Under the pieces are notes generated by a model that worked only from the letters and a program-made list of their open reading frames with translations, did not search any database and was not told the origin of the DNA. The position numbers were made by a program, and so were the translations under genes. From Eledone cirrhosa (lineage: Eukaryota), in contig OZ024740.1 of the NCBI GenBank assembly GCA_964016885.1, positions 72,044,001 to 72,108,000 of the forward strand: DNA of 64,000 nt, given 5' to 3'. The first letter of the stretch is position 1. The number at the start of each line of letters is the position of its first letter. Below are positions 1-13,400 of this stretch, in pieces.

Positions 1-389
1 CGAGTTCTCTCCAGCGGTCTCTGTCCCTCATTATTGCTGCTATGTCCTGCGTCTCCAACAGACCAGTGTCTGTCCTTAGGGCATCAACATACATTAACTT
101 TGGTCTTCCTCTTCCAGTGTGTCCATGTAGGGGCTCCCACAGGAGCACTGAGTGCAATGTCAACTCTGGATGTTGGTGAGCATGTCCAGCTAACCTCAGT
201 CTTCATGGCTGTAGTGGAGTCTGTGCTGCTGTACGGCTCTGAGACTTGGACACTGACCAAGAAACTTACTCAGATGGTGGATGGGTGCTACACGAGAATG
301 CTGAGGATGGCTCTGAACATTAATCAGTATACACTGAGGATGAAAAACTCAGAGCTGTATGGGGGCCTCCCAAAAGTCAGCTCAAAAGT
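1..389 (-). mobile_element. RTE-type LINE fragment (family D) with a 5' inversion
   Basis: Minus strand 199->1 reads LRLAGHAHQHPELTLHSVLLWEPLHGHTGRGRPKLMYVDALRTDTG...MRDRDRWREL (RTE C-terminus). Plus strand 199-389 reads VFMAVVESVLLYGSETWTLTKK...GGLPKVSSKV, the segment immediately upstream in RTE proteins. Confidence 0.85.
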
Positions 390-568
390 TATATATATAT
401 ATATATATTTATTTATATATATATTTATTTATATATATATTTATTTATATATATATTTATTTATATATATATTTATTTATATATATATTTATTTATATAT
501 ATATTTATTTATATATATATTTATTTATATATATATTTATTTATATATATATATATTTATTAAAATAA

Positions 569-642
569 CAGATTAAAGTTTAAGCAAAGAATCGCTGCTT
601 TCACTCTTAACGGGATCTTCTGAAACTAACAAAGTCAATCTG
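569..642 (-). ncRNA. Type I hammerhead-like motif, variant core CAGAAGA (family R1)
   Basis: Reverse complement: cagattga-ctttgtt-agttt CAGAAGA tcccgttaagagt GAAA gca..tgc TT aaact-ttaatctg. Confidence 0.6.
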
Positions 643-1242
643 TAAACGCAGAATTGGATATTTCAAAAAACGTTGCAACTGAAGGAAGACAGGAAGACGA
701 TACTTTGGTTCGTGGTAACGTTCGCTGGCAAAGAACGGGGAAAAAACGAATAATACGTCATTAATAGGAGCGGTGAAAAACAATTACGCGCAAAGACAAA
801 ACCACGTTTATGGTATAAAAGAGGTTGTAGACTAATGTTCTCTTAGGTGGTGCATAGAGACGTTCTCTGGCAATGAACGAAAAAACGAAGATAATAAGTC
901 ATATGTGGAGCGTGGAGAACAATAGCACGCAAAGACAAAACCACGTAAATGGTATAGCAGAAATCGTAGACTAAAATTCTAACTAGGAGACCAAATGAAT
1001 CTCCGCTACAGAGTTAAGAACAAAGTAAATAAATACAATACAGAAATAATAGAAACAAATAAATACATACACGCAAACAGATACGTACATACACAAGCAT
1101 ACGCAAAACCTTACCATGGGTATACAAAACCACGCACATATAAATATGTGTGTGTGTGTGTGTATGCTTGTGTACAAATAAATAAATAATTATATAAACG
1201 TATATTATATAAACGTATATAATGATTATATAAACGTATATA

Positions 1243-2080
1243 AAAATGAAAGGCAGGTTGTACGATGCCTGCATACGAACAGCAATGCTGCATGGCAGTG
1301 AGACCTGGGCATTGTGTGCAGAGGATATACGCAGACTAGAGAGGAACGAAGCTTGCATGAACGGCAAAGCATAAACGAAGCTTGCATGAACGGCAAAGCA
1401 TAAACGAACTAAGGAAAAAATTAGAGATAAGAGGGATCAGATGTTGTTTACTCGAGAGAAGGCTACGTTGGTATGGACACGTGATGCGCATGAAAGTCGA
1501 TAGCTGTATAACAAAGTGCAGGGCAATAAAGATAGACGGTAGTCACGGAATAGGCAGACCTAGAAAAACCTGGGACAAGCTGATAAACTCCGACATTACA
1601 CACTTACACCTCTCCAAGACAATGTCACTGGACCAAGACCTTTGGCGGTACTCAGTAACAGAGAAGACCCGCCTTACCTAAATATATAGTAAAACCTACT
1701 CCAGCCAGTAGGCATCTCTAACAAAATACACCCCGTCCCACCACCACCACCCCCACCCCATCCACACCACCCCGTTCTATGTAAAGTTATGTTGGTGCCG
1801 CGCCATCGAGGCCGAAACAAATGAGATCGTGTAGGTGTCACGACAAAAAAACACACAGTCCACGCTGTAATGTGGCCGTGTAGGCAACACGGTAAAAACC
1901 TCCCAGACCCACACTGTAAATGTGGTTGGTGTTAGGAAGGGCATCCAACTGTAGAAAACCTGCCAGACAGTCCTATGCGAGCAAGATAATCACTCTTGCC
2001 TCAAGTGGGACTACCCCCGTCCAAACCCATGCAAGCGTGGAACACGGACGTTAAACGTTGATGATGATGATGATGATGAT
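1243..2080 (+). mobile_element. RTE LINE family A, 5'-truncated 3' fragment
   Basis: [10 protein letters not shown]...[11 protein letters not shown]...KTRLT, 3' UTR and (GAT)n tail; local deletion plus tandem duplication at ~1350-1410. Confidence 0.95.
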
Positions 2081-2180
2081 ATAAGTAAATAAATACGTAT
2101 ATAACAAGCGCACACGCATACCTACATATAAATACACGAATGTTCGGAGACGTAAGTCAACTAAAACAAGAAGTACACAA

Positions 2181-2397
2181 GCTAAGATCTTTCTTTCCCT
2201 TATTACGAAGCATTTTCCCCCTACACATAAATATAGTAAAATTTTTAATAGAAATACTATTAAAATTTCTTACTCTACGACTCCTAACCTTGCACATAAC
2301 ATCACAGCTTCAAATTTAGCTAAACTACCTAGCCGTAGGAACACGTGCAACCCTGTAGTTAGTACTAACTAATTGTAGGAATCGGGCTGATTGCCCC
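2181..2397 (+). pseudogene. Penelope-like element RT-to-GIY-YIG linker fragment
   Basis: Translates AKIFLSLITKHFPPTHKYSKIFNRNTIKISYSTTPNLAHNITASN..., then after a frameshift at ~2370 NCRNRADCP. This matches the KHFP/KIFNRNTxKxSYS/CNCR..CP linker I recognise from C-terminal-endonuclease PLEs. Not in the ORF track. Confidence 0.8.
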
Positions 2398-2430
2398 GAT
2401 ATATTTATATATATATATTTATATATATAT

Positions 2431-4242
2431 GTAACTATAGAGGCATTAAATTAATCGACCAGGTCATGAAGGTCACGGAAAAAGTAATAGCGCCACTAAT
2501 CAGAGAGCGAATTGATCTAGATGAAATGCAGTTCGGGTTTGTGTCAGGAAAAAGTACCACAGACGCTCTTTTCATTGTACGACAACTACAGGAGAAGTAC
2601 CTAGCTAAAAGTAAACCCCTATACTTAGCTTTCGTCGACTTGGAGAAGGCCTTCGACAGAGTCCCCCGTTCCATTATCTGGTGGGCTCTTAGAAAACTAG
2701 GTGTTGATGAATGGCTTGTGAGAGCTATACAAGCCATGTATAAAGAAACAGTCAGCAAGGTTAGAATTAACAACGATTATAGTGAAGAGTTTAGTGTAAA
2801 AGTTGTTCATCAGGGCTCTGTTCTTAGCCCCCTACTATTTATTATTGCCCTCCAGGCTATAACAGTGGAGTTCAAGACCGGCTGCCCATGGGAACTCCTA
2901 TACGCAGATGATCTAACGCTCATAGCTGAATCAATGGCCGAGCTAGAGAAGAAATTCCAAACATGGAAGCACGGCCTGGAATCAAAAGGCCTTAAAATTA
3001 ACCTGGCTAAGACTAAAGTTATAGTTTGTAAGAAAGAAAATAAGGCGGCGGTCCCCTCCGGGAAGTGGCCATGCGCAGAGTGTAGGAAAGGCGTAGGTAG
3101 AAATTCCATTTTGTGTCCCAAATGCAAAGTTTGGGTGCATAAAAGATGTAGTGGGATCACAGGTAAGCTAACTAAGAACATAGATTTTACATGTGGCCGG
3201 TGTTCTGGGGCAATAAGTAGCAGCAAGTGCCCACAAAATACTACCTCTTGCAACTGCGCAGAGGGTTCTATAGAAATAGTGGACAGCTTCCGTTACCTGG
3301 GTGACAAAATCAGCAGTGGGGGAGGGTGCTCTGAAAGTGCAGTAGCTAGAGTCAGAACTGGGTGGAAAAAGTTCAGAGAGCTTATACCACTATTAGCCGC
3401 TAAAGGGTTCTCCCTAAAAATGAAAGGCAGGTTGTACGATGCCTGCATACGAACAGCAATGTTGCATGGCAGTGAGACCTGGGCATTGTGTGCAGAGGAT
3501 ATACGCAGACTAGAGAGAAACGAAGCTTGCATGCTCCGCTGGATGTGTAATAGTAATATACGTGAACGACAAAGCATAAACGAACTAAGGAAAAAATTAG
3601 AAATAAGAGGGATCAGATGTTGTTTACTAGAGAGAAGGCTACGTTGGTATGGTCACGTGATGCGCATGAAGGACGATAGCTGTATAACAAAGTGCAGGGC
3701 AATAAAGATAGACGGTAGCCACGGGATAGGCAGACCCAGAAAAACCTGGGACGAGCTGATAAACTCCGACCTCACACACTTACACCTTACCAAGACAATG
3801 TCACTGGACCGAGACCTTTGGCGGTACTCAGTAATAGAGAAGACCCGCCTTACCTAAATACAAAGTAAAACCTACTACAGTCAGTAGGCATCTCTAACAA
3901 AATACACCCCAGTCCCACCACCCCCACCCCATCCACACCGCCCCCTTCTATGTAAAGTTATGTTGGTGCCACACCATCCAGGCCGAAACAAATGAGATCG
4001 TGTAGGTGTCACGACAAAAAACACACAGTCCACGCTGTAATGTGGCCGTGTATGCAACACGGTAAAAACCTCCCAGACCCACACTGTAAATGTGGTTGGT
4101 GTTAGGAAGGGCATCCAACTGTAGAAAACCTGCCAGACAGTCCTATGCGAGCAAGACAATCACTCTTGCCTCAAGTGGGAAAACCCCCGTCCAAACCCAT
4201 GCAAGCGTGGAACACGGACGTTAAACGTTGATGATGATGATA
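2431..4242 (+). mobile_element. RTE LINE family A, 5'-truncated (RT + PHD-like finger + C-terminus, ORF to 3857)
   Basis: [37 protein letters not shown] motifs; 3' UTR; (GAT)n tail. Confidence 0.97.
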
Positions 4243-4928
4243 TATTTATATATATATGTTTATATTTATATATATATATTTAGATATATATATTTATATA
4301 TTTAGATATATATATTTATATATATATATTTATATATTTATATATATATATTTATATATATATATTTATATATATATATTTATATATATATATTTATATA
4401 TATATATTTATATATATATATTTATATATATTTATATATATATATTTATATATATTTATATATATATATTTATATATATTTATATATATATATTTATATA
4501 TATATATTTATATATTTATATATATATATTTATATATATATATTTATATATATATTTATATATTTATATATATATATTTATATATTTATATATATTTATA
4601 TATATATATTTATATATATATATTTATATATATATATTTATATATATATATTTATATATATATTTATATATATATATTTATATATATATATTTATATATA
4701 TATATTTATATATATATATTTATATATATATATTTATATATATATATTTATATATATATATATTTATATATATTTATATATATATATATTTATATATATA
4801 TATATTTATATATATATATATTTATATATATATATATTTATATATATATATATTTATATATATATTTATATATATATTTATATATATATTTATATATATA
4901 TATATATTTATATATATATTTATATATA

Positions 4929-4977
<49 letters not shown>

Positions 4978-4978
4978 T

Positions 4979-5027
<49 letters not shown>

Positions 5028-5032
5028 ATTTA

Positions 5033-5079
<47 letters not shown>

Positions 5080-5376
5080 ATTTATATTTATATATATATA
5101 TTTATATATATATATTTATATATATTTATATTTATATATATATATTTATTTATATTTATATATATATATTTATATATATATATATTTATATATATATATT
5201 TATATATTTATATATATATATTTATATATATATATATTTATATATATATATTTATATATTTATATATATATATTTATATATATTTATATATATATATTTA
5301 TATATATATATTTATATATATATTTATATATATATTTATATATATATATTTATATATATATATATATATATATATT

Positions 5377-5419
5377 TATTAAAATAACAGATTAAAGGTT
5401 AAGCAAAGAATCGCTGCTT
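5377..5419 (-). mobile_element. ~40-bp terminal fragment of family R1
   Basis: aaaataacagattaaaggttaagcaaagaatcgctgctt matches 562-600. Confidence 0.8.
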
Positions 5420-5494
5420 ATTATTATTACTATATATATATATTTATATATATATATATTTATATATTTATATATATTTATATATATATATATT

Positions 5495-5525
<31 letters not shown>

Positions 5526-5620
5526 TTATATATATTTATATATATATATATATTTATTTATATATATATATATTTATTTATATATATATATATTTATTTA
5601 TATATATATATATATTTATT

Positions 5621-5655
<35 letters not shown>

Positions 5656-5684
5656 ATTTATTTATATATATATATATATTTATT

Positions 5685-5719
<35 letters not shown>

Positions 5720-5884
5720 ATTTATTTATATATATATATATATTTATTTATATATATATATATATTTATTTATATATATATATATATTTATTTATATATA
5801 TATATATTTATTTATATATATATATATATTTATATATATATTTATATATACATATATATATATATATATTTATATATGTATATT

Positions 5885-7007
5885 TCATCATCATCATCAT
5901 TTTACGTCCGCTTTTCCCTGCTTGCAAGGGTGGGACGGGTCTTATTCAGCACAGCATCTCTCCACTCGTCACGGTCCCTCGTCATCTCCACCGTGAGCTT
6001 CAATGATCTGAGGTCTGTTCTCACCACCTCCGCCCATGTTTTTCGTGGTCTACCTCTACCACGTCTTCCTTCAACTGGCATTTCCTGGCACTTCTTCACC
6101 CATCGGTCATCCTCCATGCGCATCACATGTCCATACCACCTCAGTCTCCTCTCCCGTACACTACATTCTATCCCTCTCAGACACAGTTTCTCTCTCAACA
6201 CATTTATGCTGGGTCGTTCACGCACATTTACACTGCACATCCAACGGAGCATGCTTGCCTCATTTCTCTCCAGCCGTCGCATATCTTCTGCGGTAGCTGC
6301 CCATGTCTCACTACCATGCAGCATCGCGCTCCTCACACAGGCATCATACAACCGGCCTTTCGTACGCAGGGAGAAACCCTTCTTCGTCAACAGAGGAAGC
6401 AGCTCCCTAAACTTCTTCCAACCCGTCCTTATTCTAGATACTATGGCCTCGGAACACCCTCCTCCCATGCTAATCTGATCTCCTAGGTACCGGAAGCTAT
6501 CCACCACTTCTATAGCGCCCTCTCGCATTTGAAAAATGTGTCTATCAGTGCGACTTCTACTGTCTAATTTCCCTGTACATCTACTGCATACATATTTCTC
6601 CCTACCTGTTAGTTTGCCTGCTATCCCGCTACATCTCTTGTGTACCCAGGACCTACATTGTGTGCATTTTATAGAATTTATGCCAGTTCCTTTTCTGCAT
6701 ATCGAACATGGCCATTTCCCTGACGGAATCAGGGTTTTGTCCTCTTTTCTACTCATCAACACTTTTGTCTTAGCTAGATTTACTCTCAGTCCTCTTGCTT
6801 CCAACTGCTGTTTCCATAGCCGGAATTTATTCTCTAGCTCCTCTACTGATTCTGCCATAAGAGCCAGATCGTCAGCATAGAGAAGTTCCCATGGACAGCC
6901 AGTCTTAAACTCCTCTGTTATGGCTTGGAAGACTATAATGAACAAGAGCGGGCTGAGGACCGAACCCTGATGTACTCCTACTTGTATCTGGAATTCCTCA
7001 CTAAACT
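5885..7007 (-). mobile_element. RTE LINE family C, 5'-truncated
   Basis: ORF 5902-6945 (YADD, PHD-like finger, RRLRWYGH); stop codon immediately before the (GAT)n tail. Confidence 0.97.
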
Positions 7008-7014
7008 ATATATT

Positions 7015-7053
<39 letters not shown>

Positions 7054-7322
7054 ATATATATATTTATTTATATATATATATATTTATTTATATATATATA
7101 TATTTATTTATATATATATATATTTATTTATATATATATATATTTATTTATATATATATATATTTATTTATATATATATATATTTATTTATATATATATA
7201 TTTATTTATATATATTTATTTATATATATTTATTTATATATATATATATTTATATATATATATATATATTTATTTATATTTATTTATATATATTTATATA
7301 TTTATATATATTTATATATATT

Positions 7323-7353
<31 letters not shown>

Positions 7354-7376
7354 TTATATATATATATATATTTATT

Positions 7377-7407
<31 letters not shown>

Positions 7408-7498
7408 ATATATATATTAAGATAAGCAGAACAAGTAAAATTCAATCAATTTTTCAAAATACATTAAAAAATATAATATAAATATTTACCTCTCCTAG

Positions 7499-7583
7499 TG
7501 GCCCTTACTGATCAGTTTCGCTTTGTAAAACCCCATAAATCCGATGGATTTATGATGGAAAACCAAAGCTCATCAGAGAAGCA
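7499..7583 (-). ncRNA. Type I hammerhead ribozyme with long helix II, in non-coding island 7419-7591
   Basis: Reverse complement: tgcttct CTGATGA gctttg..cataaatcc-atc-ggatttatg..caaagc GAAA ctgatcag TA agggcca. Canonical core; palindromic helix III. Confidence 0.85.
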
Positions 7584-7591
7584 TTTTCCCT

Positions 7592-7676
<85 letters not shown>

Positions 7677-7677
7677 T

Positions 7678-7798
<121 letters not shown>

Positions 7799-7823
7799 AT
7801 ATTTATATATATTTATATATATT

Positions 7824-7854
<31 letters not shown>

Positions 7855-7923
7855 TTATATTTATATATATATATATTTATATATTTATATATTTATATAT
7901 ATTTATATATATTTATATATATT

Positions 7924-7976
<53 letters not shown>

Positions 7977-7979
7977 ATT

Positions 7980-8012
<33 letters not shown>

Positions 8013-8071
8013 TTATATTTATATATTTATATATATATATTTATATATATATATATTTATATTTATATATT

Positions 8072-8232
<161 letters not shown>

Positions 8233-8235
8233 ATT

Positions 8236-8422
<187 letters not shown>

Positions 8423-8423
8423 T

Positions 8424-8505
<82 letters not shown>

Positions 8506-8868
8506 TATATATATATTTATATATATATTTATATATATATATATTTATATATTTATATATATTTATATATATATATATATTTATATATATTTATTTATAT
8601 ATATATATATATTTATTTATATATATATATATATTTATTTATATATATATATATATTTATTTATATATATATATATTTATTTATATATATATATATATTT
8701 ATTTATATATATATATATATTTATTTATATATATATATATATTTATTTATATATATATATATATTTATTTATATATATATATATATTTATTTATATATAT
8801 ATATATATTTATTTATATATATATATATATTTATATATATATTTATATATATATATATATTTATATAC

Positions 8869-8959
8869 ATGTAAAGTTATATTTAAAATTGTTGGGTTAC
8901 AACTAGTAAATATTTATAACTGATATAAAAGCATAGTTTTCCATTTATTTAATATTGTA
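8869..8959 (-). mobile_element. Short inverted-5' copy of the 13638-13915 element
   Basis: 8869-8933 is the reverse complement of ~13852-13916; 8933-8959 is a direct copy of ~13802-13827. Confidence 0.8.
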
Positions 8960-8996
8960 TATATTTATATATATATTTATATATATATTTATATAT

Positions 8997-9137
8997 ACAG
9001 TGTGGGCTGGGTGCTTATTTGCTGTGGCACCTCCACGACCACCTTGTGGTGGGGGGTGTGGGGGCATATTGTTTATATGCTTCAGCATGTACCCATGGGA
9101 GGTCGGGTACCCTGTATTACTGCGTGACGCCAGAAGT
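8997..9137 (-). mobile_element. RTE family B internal fragment (ORF end/3' UTR), no tail
   Basis: Reverse complement of ~10841-10978. Confidence 0.9.
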
Positions 9138-9167
9138 ATATATAAATATATATATAAATATATATAT

Positions 9168-11185
9168 AGAGACATTTAACGTATTGATAGACATTTAACG
9201 TATAGATAGAGACATTTAACGTAGAAGAGAACTGGGAGTTCCTACAAAATAACTTACTAGAGGCGACGGATGAGGTTTGTGGCTGGAGTAAGACCTCAAG
9301 CAGGAGGAGAGTGACTTGGTGGTGGAACAATAAGGTAGATGAAGCAGTCAAGGCCAAGAGACAGGCATGGAAAGAATGGAAGAACGGGGGGAGCAGGGTA
9401 CATTACATAGAGACCAAGAGGGAAGCTAGGCGACAAGTATACTTAGCTAGGAGGGAAGCAGAGGATAGAAAATTCAAGCATGTTTTACAACGTGAGGACC
9501 AGAAACAGGAGGTATTCAAGATTGCGAGGCAGTGTGTCAGAGAGAATTGTGATGTCATTGGAGAGAAGTGTATCCGGAATGATAAAGGTGAGCTTGCCCT
9601 CACAAGTGCTGAGAAGAAAGATGCATGAAAGAGTCATTATGATAGATTACTAAATGAGGAGAATGCATGGGAAGAAGAGACCCTACCCCACGTAGACCCT
9701 ATAGAGGGACCAGCAGTACAAGTCAGCGGCAGCGTAGTAAGTAAGGCAATCAGAGATATGAAGATAGGGAAGGCAACCGGTCCATCGGTATAGCTGCTGA
9801 GATGCTGAAGGCATCTGGGTCTGTAGGTCACACTATAACCACACGTATCGTTAACCAGGTAATACTAGAGGGGGCCATACCAAAAGATTGGTGCAGTAGC
9901 ATCATTGTCAACTGCTACAAAGGTAAAGGCGATGCACTAGATAGAGGAAACTATAGAGGTATAAAGTTGATGGACCAGGTCATGAAAGTAACAGAAAGAG
10001 TTATAGCACAGCTGATTAGGGACCGGGTGAATATAGACGAGATGCAATTTGGGTTTGTAAGTAGACGAGAAAACAGAACCCAGATCCCCTCAGGGAAATG
10101 GCCTTGCTCAGTATGTAGGAAAGGTGTAGGTAGGAACTCCATTCTCTGCCCCAAATGCAAACAATGGGTACACAAGAGATGTAGCGGGATCTCAGGAAGC
10201 TTAATTAAGAATGTAGGATTCACATGCAGCAGCTGTGCTGAAACAGCAAGCAAACAGCCACAGGAAACAAGTACCACCAATCTCTGGGAGGGCCCTGTAG
10301 AAACAGTAGACAGCTTCTGCTACCTAGGTGACCGAATTAGCAACGGAGGTGGGTGCTCAGAAAGTACAATAACTAGGGTAAGAACGGGATGGAAGAAGTT
10401 TAGGGAACTACTACCACTGCTAGCTGCAAAAGGCTTCTCCCTCAGAATGAAAGGCAGACTGTATGATGCGTGTATCCGAACAGCGATGTTGCATGGTAGT
10501 GAGACCTGGGCGCTGAAGGTGGAAGACTTACGTAGATTAGAGAGAAACGAAGCCTGCATGCTCCGATGGATGTGTAACAGTAATATACGTGAACGACAAA
10601 GCATAAAGGAATTGAGAGAGAGACTGAGCATAAGAGGAATCAAATGCTGCGTGCAGGAGAGGCGGTTACGCTGGTATGGACATGTGATGCGTATGAAGGA
10701 TGACAGCTGCATAAAAAGGTGCAGAGCACTAGAAGTTGATGGAAACCGCGGAGTGGGGAGACCCAAGATGACTTGGGATGAGGTGATAAAAGCCGACCTT
10801 ACCCAACTACACCTCTCAAAGTCAATGACACACGACCGTGACTTCTGGCGTCACGCAGTAGTACAGGGTACCCGACCTCCCATGGGTACATGCTGAAGCA
10901 TATAAACAATATGCCCCCCCCCCACCGCAAGGTGGTCGTGGAGGTGCCACGGCAAAAAAGCACCCAGCCCACACTGTAAAGTGGACGTGTAGGCGCCACG
11001 AAAAAGCACCCAGCACTCACTGTAAATGAGGTTGGTGTTAGGAAGGGCATCCAGCTGTAGAAATCAAGCCAGATCAGTTCCTGTATGAGCAAGGCATGGT
11101 CAGCCGACCAGACACTGCCCACAACAGGACAACCCGTCTAACCCATGCTAGCGTGGAAGAACGGACGTAAAACGGTGATGATGAT
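9168..11185 (+). mobile_element. RTE LINE family B, 5'-truncated and decayed, with internal deletion of the RT core
   Basis: TWWWNN segment, a stop at 9626-9628 and a frameshift near 9790. FGFV is joined directly to SRRENRT (no YADD). 3' UTR and (GAT)n tail. Confidence 0.95.
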
Positions 11186-11920
11186 TTATATATATATTTA
11201 TTTATATATATTTATTTATATATATTTATATATTTATATATATATATATTTATATATATATATATTTATATATATATTTATATATATTTCTATATATATA
11301 TAAATATTTATATATATATATTTATATATATATATTTATTTATATATATATATTTATATATATATATTTATATATATTTATATATATATATTTATATTTA
11401 TTTATATATATATATTTATATATATATATTTATATATATATATTTATATTTATTTATATATATATATTTATATATATTTATTTATATATATATATTTATA
11501 TATATTTATTTATATATATATATTTATATATATTTATTTATATATATATATTTATATATATATATTTATATATATATATTTATATTTATTTATATATTTA
11601 TATATATATATTTATATTTATTTATATATATATATTTATATATTTATATTTATTTATATATATATATTTATTTATATATATATATTTATATATATATATT
11701 TATTTATATATTTATATATATATATTTATATATATATATTTATATATATATATTTATATATTTATATTTATATATTTATATTTATTTATATTTATATATA
11801 TATTTATATATATATATTTATATATATTTATATATTTATATTTATATATATATTTATATATATATATTTATATTTTTATTTATATATATATATTTATATT
11901 TTTATTTATATATATATATT

Positions 11921-11951
<31 letters not shown>

Positions 11952-12080
11952 TTATATATATATATTTATATTTATATATATATATATATATATTTATATA
12001 TTTATATTTATATATATATATTTATATATTTATATTTATATATATATATTTATATATTTATATATTTATATTTATATATT

Positions 12081-12111
<31 letters not shown>

Positions 12112-12266
12112 TTATATATATATATATATATATTTATATATTTATATATATATTTATATATATATTTATATATATATTTATATATATTTATATATTTAAA
12201 TATTTATATTTATATATATATTTATAGTGATAATAATAAAATTGAAGACTAAAATCCAAAGAGGGC

Positions 12267-12623
12267 TCCACGCTCCACATATGTCTTATTTTCGTTTTTT
12301 CGTTCATTGCCAAAGAACGTCTCTATGCACCACCTAAGAGAACATTAGTCTACGACCTCTTTTATACCATAAACGTGGTTTTGTCTTTGCGCGTAATTGT
12401 TTTTCACCGCTCCTATTAATGACGTATTATTCGTATTTTCCCGTTCTTTGCCAGCGAACGTTACCACGAACCAAAGTATCGTCTTCCTGTCTTCCTCCGG
12501 GTGCAACGTTTTTTAAAATATCCAGTTCTGCGTTTACAGATTGACTTTGTTAGTTTCAGAAGATCCCGTTAAGGGTGAAAGCAGCGATTCTTTGCTTAAA
12601 CTTTAATCTGTTATTTTAATAAA
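12267..12623 (+). mobile_element. Family R1 PLE-like 3' fragment
   Basis: Reverse complement of ~557-917; ends TTAATAAA+(TA)n. Confidence 0.8.
12537..12610 (+). ncRNA. Type I hammerhead-like motif, variant core CAGAAGA (family R1)
   Basis: cagattga-ctttgtt-agttt CAGAAGA t-ccc-gttaa-ggg-t GAAA gca-gcgattctt-tgc TT aaact-ttaatctg; predicted cut after 12597. Confidence 0.65.
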
Positions 12624-12633
12624 TATATATATT

Positions 12634-12665
<32 letters not shown>

Positions 12666-13191
12666 TATATATATTTATTTATATATATATATTTATATAT
12701 ATATAATTATATATATATATTTATATATTTATATTTATATATATATATTTATATATTTATATTTATATATATATATTTATATATATATATATATATTTAT
12801 ATATAAAAGTAATATATATGAGTAATATATATGATGAAACAGATACCAACACATCTGTATTTATATTGCAAAAGAAAATTAGCCAGAATGAAGAATATTA
12901 ATTATTTTACCACAGTTCGTCCACATCGATTTAAAATAATAATCGACAAAAACTAGCTTAATATATTTATATATATATATTTATATTTATATATTTATAT
13001 ATATATATTTATATATTTATATATATATATTTATATATATATATTTATATATATATATATATTTATATATATATTTATATATATATTTATATATATATTT
13101 ATATATATATTTATATATATATTTATATATATATTTATATATATATTTATATATATATTTATATATATTTATATTTATATATATTTATATT

Positions 13192-13309
<118 letters not shown>

Positions 13310-13367
13310 TATATATATATATATTTATATATATATATATTTATATATATATTTATATATATATATT

Positions 13368-13400
<33 letters not shown>

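Larger units (their letters stand above)
557..2180 (-). mobile_element. Penelope-like element 3' region/pLTR (family R1), apparently interrupted by an RTE insertion at ~1243-2080
   Basis: 561-980 recurs in reverse at 12267-12623 and 46520-46931. It ends in AATAAA+(TA)n, carries an HHR-like fold and adjoins a PLE ORF fragment. Continuity across the RTE is inferred. Confidence 0.65.

Noticed and set aside
1190-2105. Target-site duplication around the first RTE-A copy
   Set aside because: Flanks are similar (ataaacgtatataa vs ataaatacgtatataa) but inexact and low-complexity; TSDs cannot be called in TA context.
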